From the IMG/VR virus record IMGVR_UViG_3300033417_000009: a stretch of DNA of 58,461 bases; one strand, written 5' to 3'. The stretch is from a virus. The translations under genes were made by a program, and so were the position numbers. The notes beneath the pieces were generated by a model. It did not search any database, was not told where the DNA came from, and saw only the letters and a program-made list of their open reading frames with translations. Below are positions 26,358 through 35,036 of the stretch, piece after piece. How positions within the stretch are numbered: the first letter of the stretch is position 1; each line of letters begins with the position of its first letter.

Positions 26358-27987
26358 CCCACCCCACCGCCGCACAAAAAACTACCTCGCGTTCTACCGC
26401 CGTCATTATCAGGAGTTATCCGAACCCCTCTTAGCGCTCATGCGCCACGGCATCCGCGTGGATGTGACCGGCGCTCGTCAGCTCTATGCTACGCTCCGTG
26501 AGCATTGCAATAAGGTAGCCGCGCACCTGGATGACCTTGTAGGCGCCAGTACTTGCGTTTGCTCTCACCACACCAACAAACACACCCCTAAGACCATCAA
26601 CATTTACAAGGGCGTGTTACGCAAAGATGGCAAACCCCGCAAGCCAAAACTCAAAACCACCCACCCGTGCGAACGATGCGCGTGCAACGATTTCACTCCA
26701 CGCTTCCCGTCATTGATCGGGAAGAAAGGGCTTTCCTCGCAAAAAGTGGTGCGTTACCTGTACGATCGTACCACTGGCCTCGGCTTCCCGAAGCAGAAAC
26801 TCCAGGGCCAGACCACCGGCAACGAAATCACCATTCGCAAGCTAACGCTCCGCGCTCGTAATTTTACCTCGCCCAAGCGTGGTCCTAAAGCCAGCGCCCC
26901 CTTCTGGCAACGTGACCCTGAGCACGCCATTGCTGTTTGCCAAGCAATCCTTACCCACCGAGAATGGAGCAAATTATCCGACTACGTTAACGTGACCAAG
27001 TTCGACATCGACGACCGAGTGCGCTGTACATACAAAACCACCACGGAAAACGGGCGCCTTGCTTCCAGCAAAAACCCCCTGGGCACGGGCTACAACTTGC
27101 AGAACATCCCCCGTCCTGGAGGGCCATCCGACCCACACACCCACATCCGTAAGGTGTTCCTCCCGGACGATGGGATGGTTCTCTGGGAATGTGATTTCTC
27201 ACAGATTGAAGATCGTATAGTGAAGGTACTCTCCAAAGTACCTGAAGCAATCGCTGAAGCAGGCCTACACCCTGACACATTCGATAGCCACAGCATAGGG
27301 GCTCAGCGCATCTTCTCCCGCGTGCTCGGCATACCACCTGAAGACGTAGACGTAAAAGTGGAAGTGGCCCCTGGCACCTCCCGTCGCCAGATCTCCAAGC
27401 CCATCCGTCACGGCATCAACTATGATATGAGCGCCGCTCGTATCCAGGACACCTTACTCAAGGATGGCGTGGTCCTACTGCTCGCCATGTGCAAAAAGCT
27501 GCGGGCCGCAGGTCGTGAACGCTACGTCGAAATTTACCAACGAGAACGGCGCAAGCGTATCATGCGACACCACGCGCTCGTGAACTCATGGGGGCGCCGG
27601 TTGGATTTCCACTGGTGCCGCCTTGATGGCGCTACTTATCGACGGGGCTACGCTTTCTCCGCAGCCAGTGAGAACGCGGATTGCTTGAATCAGCTCGCCT
27701 TGATTCCCCTTTATTATTACATCATGGACAACAACCTCCAGAGCCGTGTCAACTTGCAGGTCCACGATTCACTGGTGGGCTCCTCCCCGCTGGGCGAACT
27801 GTGGGAGATCCTCAACTTCCTTAATACCGTGATGTCCCAGGTTCGTGTGTACGAGGGGGTGGAACTGGGCGTGCCGGTGGAGTTTAAAGTGGGCACCACG
27901 TGGATGTGCGAGTTATCTTACAAGCGCTTGCCGTCACCAAAGGCACTGCAAGCTGACGTGGAAAATTTGCTGGAGGGAAGGGGTTGA
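26338..27987 (+). CDS. DNA polymerase A, polymerase-domain fragment (549 aa)
   Basis: EPLLALMRHGIRVD opens the pol domain. Further motifs: GRLASSKNPLGTGYNLQNIPR, motif A DFSQIEDRIV, motif B RRQISKPIRHGINYDMS, motif C QVHDSLV. The upstream 44 codons in the ORF track are an out-of-frame reading of the acidic ORF. Confidence 0.8.
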   Translation: MLMSGIDPPHRRTKNYLAFYRRHYQELSEPLLALMRHGIRVDVTGARQLYATLREHCNKVAAHLDDLVGASTCVCSHHTNKHTPKTINIYKGVLRKDGKPRKPKLKTTHPCERCACNDFTPRFPSLIGKKGLSSQKVVRYLYDRTTGLGFPKQKLQGQTTGNEITIRKLTLRARNFTSPKRGPKASAPFWQRDPEHAIAVCQAILTHREWSKLSDYVNVTKFDIDDRVRCTYKTTTENGRLASSKNPLGTGYNLQNIPRPGGPSDPHTHIRKVFLPDDGMVLWECDFSQIEDRIVKVLSKVPEAIAEAGLHPDTFDSHSIGAQRIFSRVLGIPPEDVDVKVEVAPGTSRRQISKPIRHGINYDMSAARIQDTLLKDGVVLLLAMCKKLRAAGRERYVEIYQRERRKRIMRHHALVNSWGRRLDFHWCRLDGATYRRGYAFSAASENADCLNQLALIPLYYYIMDNNLQSRVNLQVHDSLVGSSPLGELWEILNFLNTVMSQVRVYEGVELGVPVEFKVGTTWMCELSYKRLPSPKALQADVENLLEGRG

Positions 27988-28012
27988 CAATCGTGAAAAA
28001 GTCAACTAGAAA
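27983..28012 (+). promoter_or_regulatory. Sigma70-like promoter TTGACA-N17-TAGAAA overlapped by the inverted repeat GTTGAC-N12-GTCAAC
   Basis: Read directly: gGTTGACAatcgtgaaaaaGTCAACTAGAAA. The ATG at 28020 lies 7 nt past the -10, which would give a leaderless mRNA. Confidence 0.5.
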
Positions 28013-28019
28013 CCAACCT

Positions 28020-28322
28020 ATGCCCCAGCCCCGCGTCAAAATCAAAGACCTGCCCGTGAGTCGCCAATACGTGTGGCGCTTGCGCAGGGTAGCGCAGGGC
28101 AAGTGTGGTATTTGTGGGCGCCAGAACCTCCACTACGGGCATTACTGCCGCGCCCATTACATCGTTCAGATCCTTGCGTCCCGCAACCGAAAACGCCGCC
28201 TCACGGGCAAACTACCGTCCGCAGTCCTTCCTCGTACTTTGACCCCAATGCCAGAGCCACAGCGCAAACGCACCATCGTCCAGGCTGCACTCCGCCTGCG
28301 GCAGTTGGGGGTATCTCTATGA
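28020..28322 (+). CDS. Basic Cys/His protein (100 aa), possible regulator
   Basis: MPQPRVKIKDLPVSRQYVWRLRRVAQGKCGICGRQNLHYGHYCRAH... The track start at 27984 is the TTG inside the -35 box, so it was rejected. Confidence 0.5.
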   Translation: MPQPRVKIKDLPVSRQYVWRLRRVAQGKCGICGRQNLHYGHYCRAHYIVQILASRNRKRRLTGKLPSAVLPRTLTPMPEPQRKRTIVQAALRLRQLGVSL

Positions 28323-28735
28323 CACACAAACGCAAGCTCTTCACCGCTGTTATCTTGGGTGGTTGTGCTAGTGCCACTGCGCACGCCGTGAAAACAGTCG
28401 TGTACCACATCCCCATTGAAAGTTTCTGCGCAGCGTTCGACCCTCCACCACCGAATAGACCCTCGTTCACGTGTGACATCCAATACACCGAAGAATCACG
28501 CACCCCGTACACTGTTGCAACGGGGTTCCTCCCCATACGCGACATGGTAGCACTTACAATGGGTGCTGGCCCCGGTGCTGCTGCTACAAACATTGCCCTG
28601 CATATTCTCTATGTAGAAAACGGACGGTTACGAGAAGCAGTGTTAGCTATCCCTAACGCTGACACTCTCCCCAACAAGTTCTACGTTAAAGACTGCGTGA
28701 GCGTACGCCTTGAGTGGAAGGAACCGCATGGATGA
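28319..28735 (+). CDS. Lipoprotein (138 aa) encoded in the early arm
   Basis: The lipobox is MTHKRKLFTAVILGG/CAS. The upstream extension in the track is Pro/Arg-rich and not protein-like. Confidence 0.55.
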   Translation: MTHKRKLFTAVILGGCASATAHAVKTVVYHIPIESFCAAFDPPPPNRPSFTCDIQYTEESRTPYTVATGFLPIRDMVALTMGAGPGAAATNIALHILYVENGRLREAVLAIPNADTLPNKFYVKDCVSVRLEWKEPHG

Positions 28736-29186
28736 AGCAATCGCATTCCTCGAACGGTGCATTGATTTGCTCAAGGCCAAAAACACCGGGTATGCCACAG
28801 GTGATGACCCTCTATTTAATTTCAGGAACTCCAGCGCCGTTCGCTCCGGGCGCTCCTCTTCGTTCACCTACTGTATGGATCTGGCTGACAAACAATGGCT
28901 TGCCATTCACGCAGCAATCAAGCGCGGTGACTACCGCGCCCGGGCAGATTTACAGGAGCGCTTGATGGACGTGGCTGTTTACATGGCCCTAGCGTTAGTG
29001 CTTCTTGACCACGAAAGGAAAGCTATGGCCAACTTTCACGATCACGTCTGCCCAACTTGCTTCACTGCTTGGTGCCACGAGTTATGGGACTGCGCCATCC
29101 GCGATGGGAGCCAGGAAGCGTTGTGCCCCCAGTGTTCCATTTGTCGTATAAAGCATCCCAGCAACGCCCGGCACCCCTGCGAGTAA
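28728..29186 (+). CDS. All-alpha DUF1599/MazG-like protein with C-terminal Zn ribbon (152 aa)
   Basis: LLKAKNTGYATGDDPLFNFR...DKQWLAIHAAIKRG...LMDVAVYMALALVLL fits the pattern of phage NTP-pyrophosphohydrolase-like helpers. The C-terminus has CPTC...CPQC. Confidence 0.4.
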   Translation: MDEAIAFLERCIDLLKAKNTGYATGDDPLFNFRNSSAVRSGRSSSFTYCMDLADKQWLAIHAAIKRGDYRARADLQERLMDVAVYMALALVLLDHERKAMANFHDHVCPTCFTAWCHELWDCAIRDGSQEALCPQCSICRIKHPSNARHPCE

Positions 29187-29209
29187 TTGCATAGAGAAAA
29201 GACCATACC

Positions 29210-29473
29210 ATGCCCACCCCTGATGAAATCAATGACATGCTATCGTTTGCCCGTTATACGGACATGTTAAACATGGGGTTGCGCTCCGCAGCCACTCTCA
29301 TGTGCGAGGATTGCGAGTTCATCGCCACCAACCCCACCACCGCCCACCGCAAAGTAGAGCTAGAGTACGACGAAGAATATACCGAGTTCTTCCACCGTTA
29401 CTATGACGAGCAGGGCAACCCGGAAGATGCCAAAACCTGTGCGGCCACTGCTATCTGGATGGCTTTGCGGTGA
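29210..29473 (+). CDS. Hypothetical protein (87 aa)
   Basis: An acidic, protein-like ORF, coupled to the next gene (ATGA overlap). Confidence 0.55.
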   Translation: MPTPDEINDMLSFARYTDMLNMGLRSAATLMCEDCEFIATNPTTAHRKVELEYDEEYTEFFHRYYDEQGNPEDAKTCAATAIWMALR

Positions 29474-30726
29474 TGCCCAAGCGCTATTACAACAAACGCC
29501 TCCTCGATCTCTTCATCGAGTACATGGGGGTCACGTCAATCCCACGGCAGTATTTGACATGGTCGTTCCTCTCTACTCTTGGCGCCTGCCTCAATGACCG
29601 GGGCATCTACGAGAACAACGCCGGCAAAGTTCTGTACCCTAACCTCTACGTGCTCCTGGTTGGCCCCAGCGGCATTGGTAAAGACAGCGCCATCGACGCT
29701 GCCACTGATCTCGTGGAAGAAACCAAGTATGTGAACCCTTACTACGGTAAACTCACCGGTGCAGCGTTGGCCGACATGCTGGGTCGCGCCGAAGCCCGTG
29801 CCGCGTCCATCGAAAAACGCCCCACGATCTGGCTCATATTCCCCGAGCTAGCCAATTCTTTTGGTAACGCCAACCAGGCCGACGATTTCATCAAGCGTCT
29901 CACGGCCATGGCGCACCCCAAGAAGCGGGCTTACCAGGAGCACACCCGGGGGCTTATGCAAGAGAGCGGGGAGTTATCTTACGCCGCGCCTATCATCCAT
30001 GCCATCTTCGGCTCCACGCAAGCGTGGCTCCTTGATACCGTGAAACATGAACAGGTGCAGAGCGGGCTCTTCGCCCGGATGTTCGTGGTAGAAGCCCGGC
30101 GAAACTACAAGAACCGCGTGGTTGACCCCCGCCGGCCCCAGGGCTGGGAGAAGATGGAAGCCGAGCTAAAGCTGCGGTTGAAAGAACTGTTTTCCCTGTG
30201 CGGAATCTTCGCCCGCACCAAGCAGTGCAATAAAGTGCGGGAGCACTGGGTCCTGTCCCGCGAAGCGCCACAGTCCGAAGTCGAAGCCCCAATGTGGGAG
30301 CGCCAGCCGGAACTGACCGACAAGTTAGCCATGCTCCTGTCTGACACCGTCCAATATGGGGCTGAAGATTACCTGATTACCACGCCAGTGTGGAATGAGG
30401 CACGTCACATGGTGCTGGAGACGCACCGCAACTTCTTGGATCTCTACAAATGGGGCTCTCGGGTTTCACAAGCAACACGGGATGTGGAAACCGTGGCAGG
30501 CGTCATCCGCGACGCTGGGCGCATTCCCCACTCTCCCTTGCTCAAGCGTGCCAACCACCGGGGCATTAACGCGGAAGGGGTAAAGCGGGCGTTGGGAGAG
30601 CTGGAAGGGCGGAATGAGATCCTTGTTGACAAGATCCACACCAACAACACTAAATCCAAGCGAACGAGCGTTTACACCTGGGCGGCTTTTGCTCACGAGT
30701 TTGATGAAGTGCGGGGTGGCGATTGA
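29470..30726 (+). CDS. P-loop NTPase, DUF3987-like (replicative helicase or primase-associated candidate)
   Basis: Walker A is LLVGPSGIGKDSA and a Walker B-like segment is TIWLIFPELA. It is 418 aa and sits in the replication module. Confidence 0.5.
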   Translation: MMPKRYYNKRLLDLFIEYMGVTSIPRQYLTWSFLSTLGACLNDRGIYENNAGKVLYPNLYVLLVGPSGIGKDSAIDAATDLVEETKYVNPYYGKLTGAALADMLGRAEARAASIEKRPTIWLIFPELANSFGNANQADDFIKRLTAMAHPKKRAYQEHTRGLMQESGELSYAAPIIHAIFGSTQAWLLDTVKHEQVQSGLFARMFVVEARRNYKNRVVDPRRPQGWEKMEAELKLRLKELFSLCGIFARTKQCNKVREHWVLSREAPQSEVEAPMWERQPELTDKLAMLLSDTVQYGAEDYLITTPVWNEARHMVLETHRNFLDLYKWGSRVSQATRDVETVAGVIRDAGRIPHSPLLKRANHRGINAEGVKRALGELEGRNEILVDKIHTNNTKSKRTSVYTWAAFAHEFDEVRGGD

Positions 30727-30905
30727 TGAGATGTGTAATGATAGTGTTGGTAGCGATGGCCGGCTGCGGCGGTAGTGGGTTCTCGCCGCAGGGCGAGCAG
30801 CCTACCCCGATCGTGGTCGAGTTCCCGACGCCATGCCCAACCGTGAGTGTCCAGGCGCAGACCGACGCTCAGGGCAGATACTCGTTCACGGTGAAGGTGC
30901 GATGA
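30723..30905 (+). CDS. Small lipoprotein (60 aa)
   Basis: The lipobox is MIVLVAMAG/CGG, followed by a DAQGRYSF beta-sandwich-like motif. Confidence 0.45.
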   Translation: MMRCVMIVLVAMAGCGGSGFSPQGEQPTPIVVEFPTPCPTVSVQAQTDAQGRYSFTVKVR

Positions 30906-31165
30906 TGAAGGTTGTGAACCGCCGTACCAAACCGAGCGGGTGCAAACCAATTTATGTTGGGCGACCAACAGTATGGGGAAACCCTTTTGTTATTGGCAAA
31001 GATGGCAGCCGAAAAGAAGTCATTGCCAAGTATGAGAAATGGCTGCTTGCGCAGCCAGGTTTGGTCAAACGCGCACGTCAAGACTTACGGGGCAGGGATC
31101 TTGAATGCTGGTGTGCCCCTGCTGCGTGCCACGCTGACGTGTTATTAAGAGTGGCTAATACGTAA
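30902..31165 (+). CDS. DUF4326 domain protein (87 aa)
   Basis: IYVGRPTVWGNPFVIGKDGSRKEVIAKYEKWL...LRGRDLECWCAPAACHADVLL matches the DUF4326 signature. Confidence 0.7.
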   Translation: MMKVVNRRTKPSGCKPIYVGRPTVWGNPFVIGKDGSRKEVIAKYEKWLLAQPGLVKRARQDLRGRDLECWCAPAACHADVLLRVANT

Positions 31166-31178
31166 GGGTGAGGGTGAG

Positions 31179-31424
31179 ATGAATGTACTGCAACGAGATA
31201 GATCCATACGTGCTCCGGCTTGCAAAGTCGCCGTAACTCGGGTTCATGGATACGACGAAATGACCGCCCGCGAATTTGCCGAGGCCGCGGTGAGATTCGG
31301 CGTGATTGACGAAGCCGCACTCATGGACCCGAGCGGTTATGACCGGGGCAAAACGCTTCGTCGCCTCGAAAATCTCCGGCGTTGGGTGGTGAGCCAGCAA
31401 ACGAAAGAATGGACAAGCGCATAA
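31179..31424 (+). CDS. Hypothetical protein (81 aa)
   Basis: ORF with an upstream purine-rich SD (gggtgagggtgag). Confidence 0.45.
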   Translation: MNVLQRDRSIRAPACKVAVTRVHGYDEMTAREFAEAAVRFGVIDEAALMDPSGYDRGKTLRRLENLRRWVVSQQTKEWTSA

Positions 31425-31539
31425 TCTCGCCGGGGTGGTCCCGGCAACGCCGTCCGCGCGCGGCGCAATCGGTGAAACGAAGCGTCCTGACCAGACGTTG
31501 TGGCCCCCGGCGCGGCGGGGCATCGAAGGAGGATGAACG

Positions 31540-31863
31540 ATGTACAGACAGGGAGACGTACTGATAATTCCGATCCGAACCACGCCGCCGCCGCTGGGCG
31601 AAAAACTACCGCTCGATGAGAGCGGCGAGGGCGTGATTCTAGCGCACGGTGAGGCGACCGGGCACAAGCATTTTCTGCGAGGACGAGACGTGGGTCTCTG
31701 GGAGCTTGCCGGGGGCGATCCGGCCACGCGCTTTTGTCGCGTGGGAGGCGGTGCCGTGCTGCGGCATGAAGAGCACGGCAAAATCAATATTCCCGCCGGG
31801 AATTACTTGATCCGGCGGCAACGCGAATACACGCCAGAGGCCCTGCGCCTCGTCGGGGACTGA
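31540..31863 (+). CDS. Conserved phage beta-barrel-like protein (107 aa)
   Basis: SD ggagga. RQGDVLIIP...LAHGEATGHKH...LRHEEHGKINIPAGNYLIRRQREYTP is a recurrent phage motif set of unknown function. Confidence 0.6.
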   Translation: MYRQGDVLIIPIRTTPPPLGEKLPLDESGEGVILAHGEATGHKHFLRGRDVGLWELAGGDPATRFCRVGGGAVLRHEEHGKINIPAGNYLIRRQREYTPEALRLVGD

Positions 31864-31874
31864 GAGAGTCTACC

Positions 31875-33335
31875 ATGAAGAAAAAATACTCATTCAACGA
31901 TCACCCGGAGCACCGAGGACAACTCGACGCGTGGCGCGACAGGTGGATTGCTAACGCGATGTCAACGAAGCCGATGGACGACGCAGACCGGGAGGCGATG
32001 TGGGCAGCAGTTCGCGGGCTGTACGAGGCTGCGGGCCTCACGCCGCCGCCCGATCACCGCATCGTGTTTGTGCCGTCACCATTCGTAGCACGATTTGCTG
32101 GGGGGTTTGCGGCAGGGATCTGGCACTTACGCAAGTCCACCCTCGACGCCACCTACGACGTCACCAACGACGCCACCCTCGACGCCACCTACGACGCCAC
32201 CCTCGCCGCCACCCTCGACGCCACCCTCGCCGCCACCGACGACGCCGTCACCCGCGCCACCCTCGCCGCCACCTACGACGCCACCAACGACGCCACCTAC
32301 GCCGCCACCACCGACGCCACCGACGCCACCGACGACGCCACCCTCGCCGCCACCAACGACGCCGCCACCCTCGCCACCACCCTCAACGCCACCCTCGACG
32401 CCACCCTCAACGCCACCCTCGACGCCACCCGCGCCGCCACCCTCGCCGCCACCAACGCCGCCACCCTCGCCGCTACCTACGCCGCCACCCGCGCCACCTA
32501 CGCCGCCACCCGCGCCACCTACGCCGCCACCTACGCCGCCACCACCGACGCCAACGACGACGCCGTCACCCACGCCACCCTCGCCGCCACCGACGCCGCC
32601 GATAGATGGTATAAAATAAACACCGTTGCGATACGGCATCTGGCGAACCTCATTAGCCCAAGGCACGCCGAATTTTTGCTCGGCTGCGCCAACCAAGCGT
32701 GGTGCATGTGGGATGGCGGGAATCAGCACTCGGGGTGGGTTTCGTATCTCTCTTTTTTCCGACACGTAGCAAAATTGGATTTGCCCAAGTACGAAAAGTT
32801 CCAGCACTACGAATCTGCGTGCATCCACGGCGGACCACGCGTGATGCACAAACAGTTTTGCGTCGTGAGCGACCGCCCTCGCGTGTTGCTCGTCGATGAG
32901 CAGAACCGACCACACTGCGAAGACGGGCCGTTCTGTGAGTGGTCAGACGGTACTGCCCTGTTCGCCGTGCATGGCACCCGCGTGCCGGAGTGGATCGTCA
33001 TGCGCCCGGAGAGGATCACGGTGAAAGCAATTCTCGCGGAACAAAACGCCGAGGTCCGGCGCGTGATGCTGGATCGCATGGGTTTGGAGCGATTTTTCTC
33101 CGACGCTGGGGCAGAGCCGCTGCAACGGGATGAATGCGGGGATCTGTATCGAGTGGACATGGCAGACGATGAACCGCTGGTATTTGTGCGAGTGCTGAAT
33201 TCGACGCCCGAGCCCGACGGCACCCGCAATCAATACATACTGAGAGTCCCGCCGAGCATGAACACGGCTCGCAATGCCGTGGCGTGGACCTTCGGCCTGG
33301 CGGGCGACAATTACGCGCCGGAGGTAGAGACTTGA
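31875..33335 (+). CDS. DUF6745-like protein with a ~155-aa internal T-x-(D/A)-A tetrapeptide repeat array
   Basis: The C-terminal half (WDGGNQHSGW...DGPFCEWSDGTALFAVHGTRVPEW...NAEVRRVMLDRMGLERF...NSTPEPDGTRNQYILRVPP...AVAWTFG) matches the DUF6745 pattern. The repeats read TLDATYDATLAATLDATLAAT... Confidence 0.7.
   Translation: MKKKYSFNDHPEHRGQLDAWRDRWIANAMSTKPMDDADREAMWAAVRGLYEAAGLTPPPDHRIVFVPSPFVARFAGGFAAGIWHLRKSTLDATYDVTNDATLDATYDATLAATLDATLAATDDAVTRATLAATYDATNDATYAATTDATDATDDATLAATNDAATLATTLNATLDATLNATLDATRAATLAATNAATLAATYAATRATYAATRATYAATYAATTDANDDAVTHATLAATDAADRWYKINTVAIRHLANLISPRHAEFLLGCANQAWCMWDGGNQHSGWVSYLSFFRHVAKLDLPKYEKFQHYESACIHGGPRVMHKQFCVVSDRPRVLLVDEQNRPHCEDGPFCEWSDGTALFAVHGTRVPEWIVMRPERITVKAILAEQNAEVRRVMLDRMGLERFFSDAGAEPLQRDECGDLYRVDMADDEPLVFVRVLNSTPEPDGTRNQYILRVPPSMNTARNAVAWTFGLAGDNYAPEVET
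32137..32600 (+). repeat. 12-nt periodic coding repeat (gccaccctcgac-like units, about 38 units)
   Basis: Read directly. It keeps all three forward frames and one reverse frame open, which explains the track ORFs 32000..32605, 32095..32619 and 32127..32915. Confidence 0.85.
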
Positions 33336-33529
33336 AGCCACGCGGAGTAATTCTGACGATCGAGATCGAGGCGCGCGATTTCAACGATGCAGTCCAGCGT
33401 TGGCGCGCGTGGATGAACGCTGACCGTGCGGCCAAACCCGAAGAATACATGGACGTGAACTTCATGCCGGACTGCGTCTCGCCGCTGGATGACGCTGTGC
33501 TGCTGCCGCGTACGATGACGGAGGTATGA
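33332..33529 (+). CDS. Small hypothetical protein (65 aa, TTG start)
   Basis: SD ggaggt lies 6 nt before the TTG, which overlaps the previous stop. Sequence begins LKPRGVILTIEIEARDFNDAVQRWRAWM... Confidence 0.4.
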   Translation: MKPRGVILTIEIEARDFNDAVQRWRAWMNADRAAKPEEYMDVNFMPDCVSPLDDAVLLPRTMTEV

Positions 33530-34212
33530 TGATTGAACTGTATACGAGAGACCACTACCGGCCCATCATTTTCGACGGTGACTCAGTGCGTGCCATCCTC
33601 GCGGGGGCGAAGACGCAAGCGCGCAAGATAGTAAAATGGCCAGTGTTGAGCAAAGGCGATGGGACGAAGCGACGCATCTTCACCTCTGATGACGTGGTCA
33701 TTGTCAATGAGTTGCTCAAGACCAAACACCGACACCCACACGACAAACCACTCACGCCGTTCGGCAGGCCAGGAGACTGGCTGTGGGTACGCGAAACGTT
33801 TCGTCAATCGCCCGGGAGCGTCGAGTTTCATTACCGAGCAGACTTAGACGAACCGCCCGCAAGCGGATGCTGGCGATCCGCAACTCACCTACCGGGTCGC
33901 GGGTCGCGCATCGTCTTGCAAGTGGAGCATGTGCGCATCGAACGATTGCAGTCGATCACCGAACAAGACGCAATCAACGAGGGCGCCCGGTTTGTAGATG
34001 TTGGCGCGAATAAATGGGGGCACAAATTACCGGGTTGGTCGATGAAATATCCGCATCCCGGAAAGCCTGAACACTGTTTGGGCACAGCGCGATTTGCGTT
34101 TGCAAACCACTGGAACGCCTACGCAAAACGAGGCTTTAATTGGGATTCAAACCCGTGGGTATGGGTGATCGAGTTCAAACGAGTGATTTTCTCAGAGAAA
34201 ACGGAGGAGTAA
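33526..34212 (+). CDS. ASCH/PUA-like domain protein (228 aa)
   Basis: VRAILAGAKTQARK...GRPGDWLWVRETF...GSRIVLQVEHVRIERLQSITEQDAINEG...NPWVWVIEFKRV matches the phage ASCH pattern. Confidence 0.65.
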   Translation: MMIELYTRDHYRPIIFDGDSVRAILAGAKTQARKIVKWPVLSKGDGTKRRIFTSDDVVIVNELLKTKHRHPHDKPLTPFGRPGDWLWVRETFRQSPGSVEFHYRADLDEPPASGCWRSATHLPGRGSRIVLQVEHVRIERLQSITEQDAINEGARFVDVGANKWGHKLPGWSMKYPHPGKPEHCLGTARFAFANHWNAYAKRGFNWDSNPWVWVIEFKRVIFSEKTEE

Positions 34213-34213
34213 G

Positions 34214-34490
34214 ATGGAAGAAATCATTGTAAACGGAGAACGGTATATTAAGGCGTCTGCAATCCCAACGGGGAGCCGCGCCGTGGTCGTGGTCGATCGC
34301 GGCTGGATCTTCGCGGGGGACGTGTCGGACGAGAATGGCAGGGTTGTGATCCGTCGAGCGGTGTGGGTGTTCCGCTGGGAAAAATGTGGGTTCGCGGCGG
34401 TCGTCGAAGACCCGTCGAAGGCCGACATACGCACAATCGCTGACGTGGACCTGCCTGCTTACGCGGAAATCTTCCGTATCCGAGTGCGCG

Positions 34491-34507
<17 letters not shown>
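34214..34507 (+). CDS. Hypothetical protein (97 aa)
   Basis: ORF with SD ggagg. The composition is protein-like. Confidence 0.55.
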
Positions 34508-34775
<268 letters not shown>

Positions 34776-34802
34776 TTTTCCCGGAGAAAACGGAGGAGTG
34801 AA

Positions 34803-35036
34803 ATGATAAGCCTTACCCGCAAAATCGACCGAAGCAGTGAACGACTTCCATGGCGGTGCGAAGCCTGCGAACAAGAATTTGACTTCGGTGTCTACTTTGA
34901 GCTGCTGGACAAAGATCCTGTCTGGCTGTGTGCCGGATGTCTTACCGGGTTAGATGACGTCCTTGCGGGAAAGCTGGAACGCAGCAACGCGGCCCTGCGG
35001 GGCGTGATTACGCGGCTTAAGAAGAAGGGGGAGTGA
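34803..35036 (+). CDS. Small Zn-ribbon protein (77 aa)
   Basis: SD ggaggag. CEACEQEF...CAGC motifs are present. Confidence 0.55.
   Translation: MISLTRKIDRSSERLPWRCEACEQEFDFGVYFELLDKDPVWLCAGCLTGLDDVLAGKLERSNAALRGVITRLKKKGE

Noticed and set aside
32000-32915. Three extra ORFs over the 12-nt repeat (32000..32605, 32095..32619, 32127..32915), and the possibility that the array is a CRISPR or minisatellite locus.
   Set aside because: The period is 12 nt with no unique spacers. The array is in frame with conserved flanking domains of 31875..33335. The other frames give poly-RRH, poly-PPT or poly-GGV strings, as expected from repeat periodicity.
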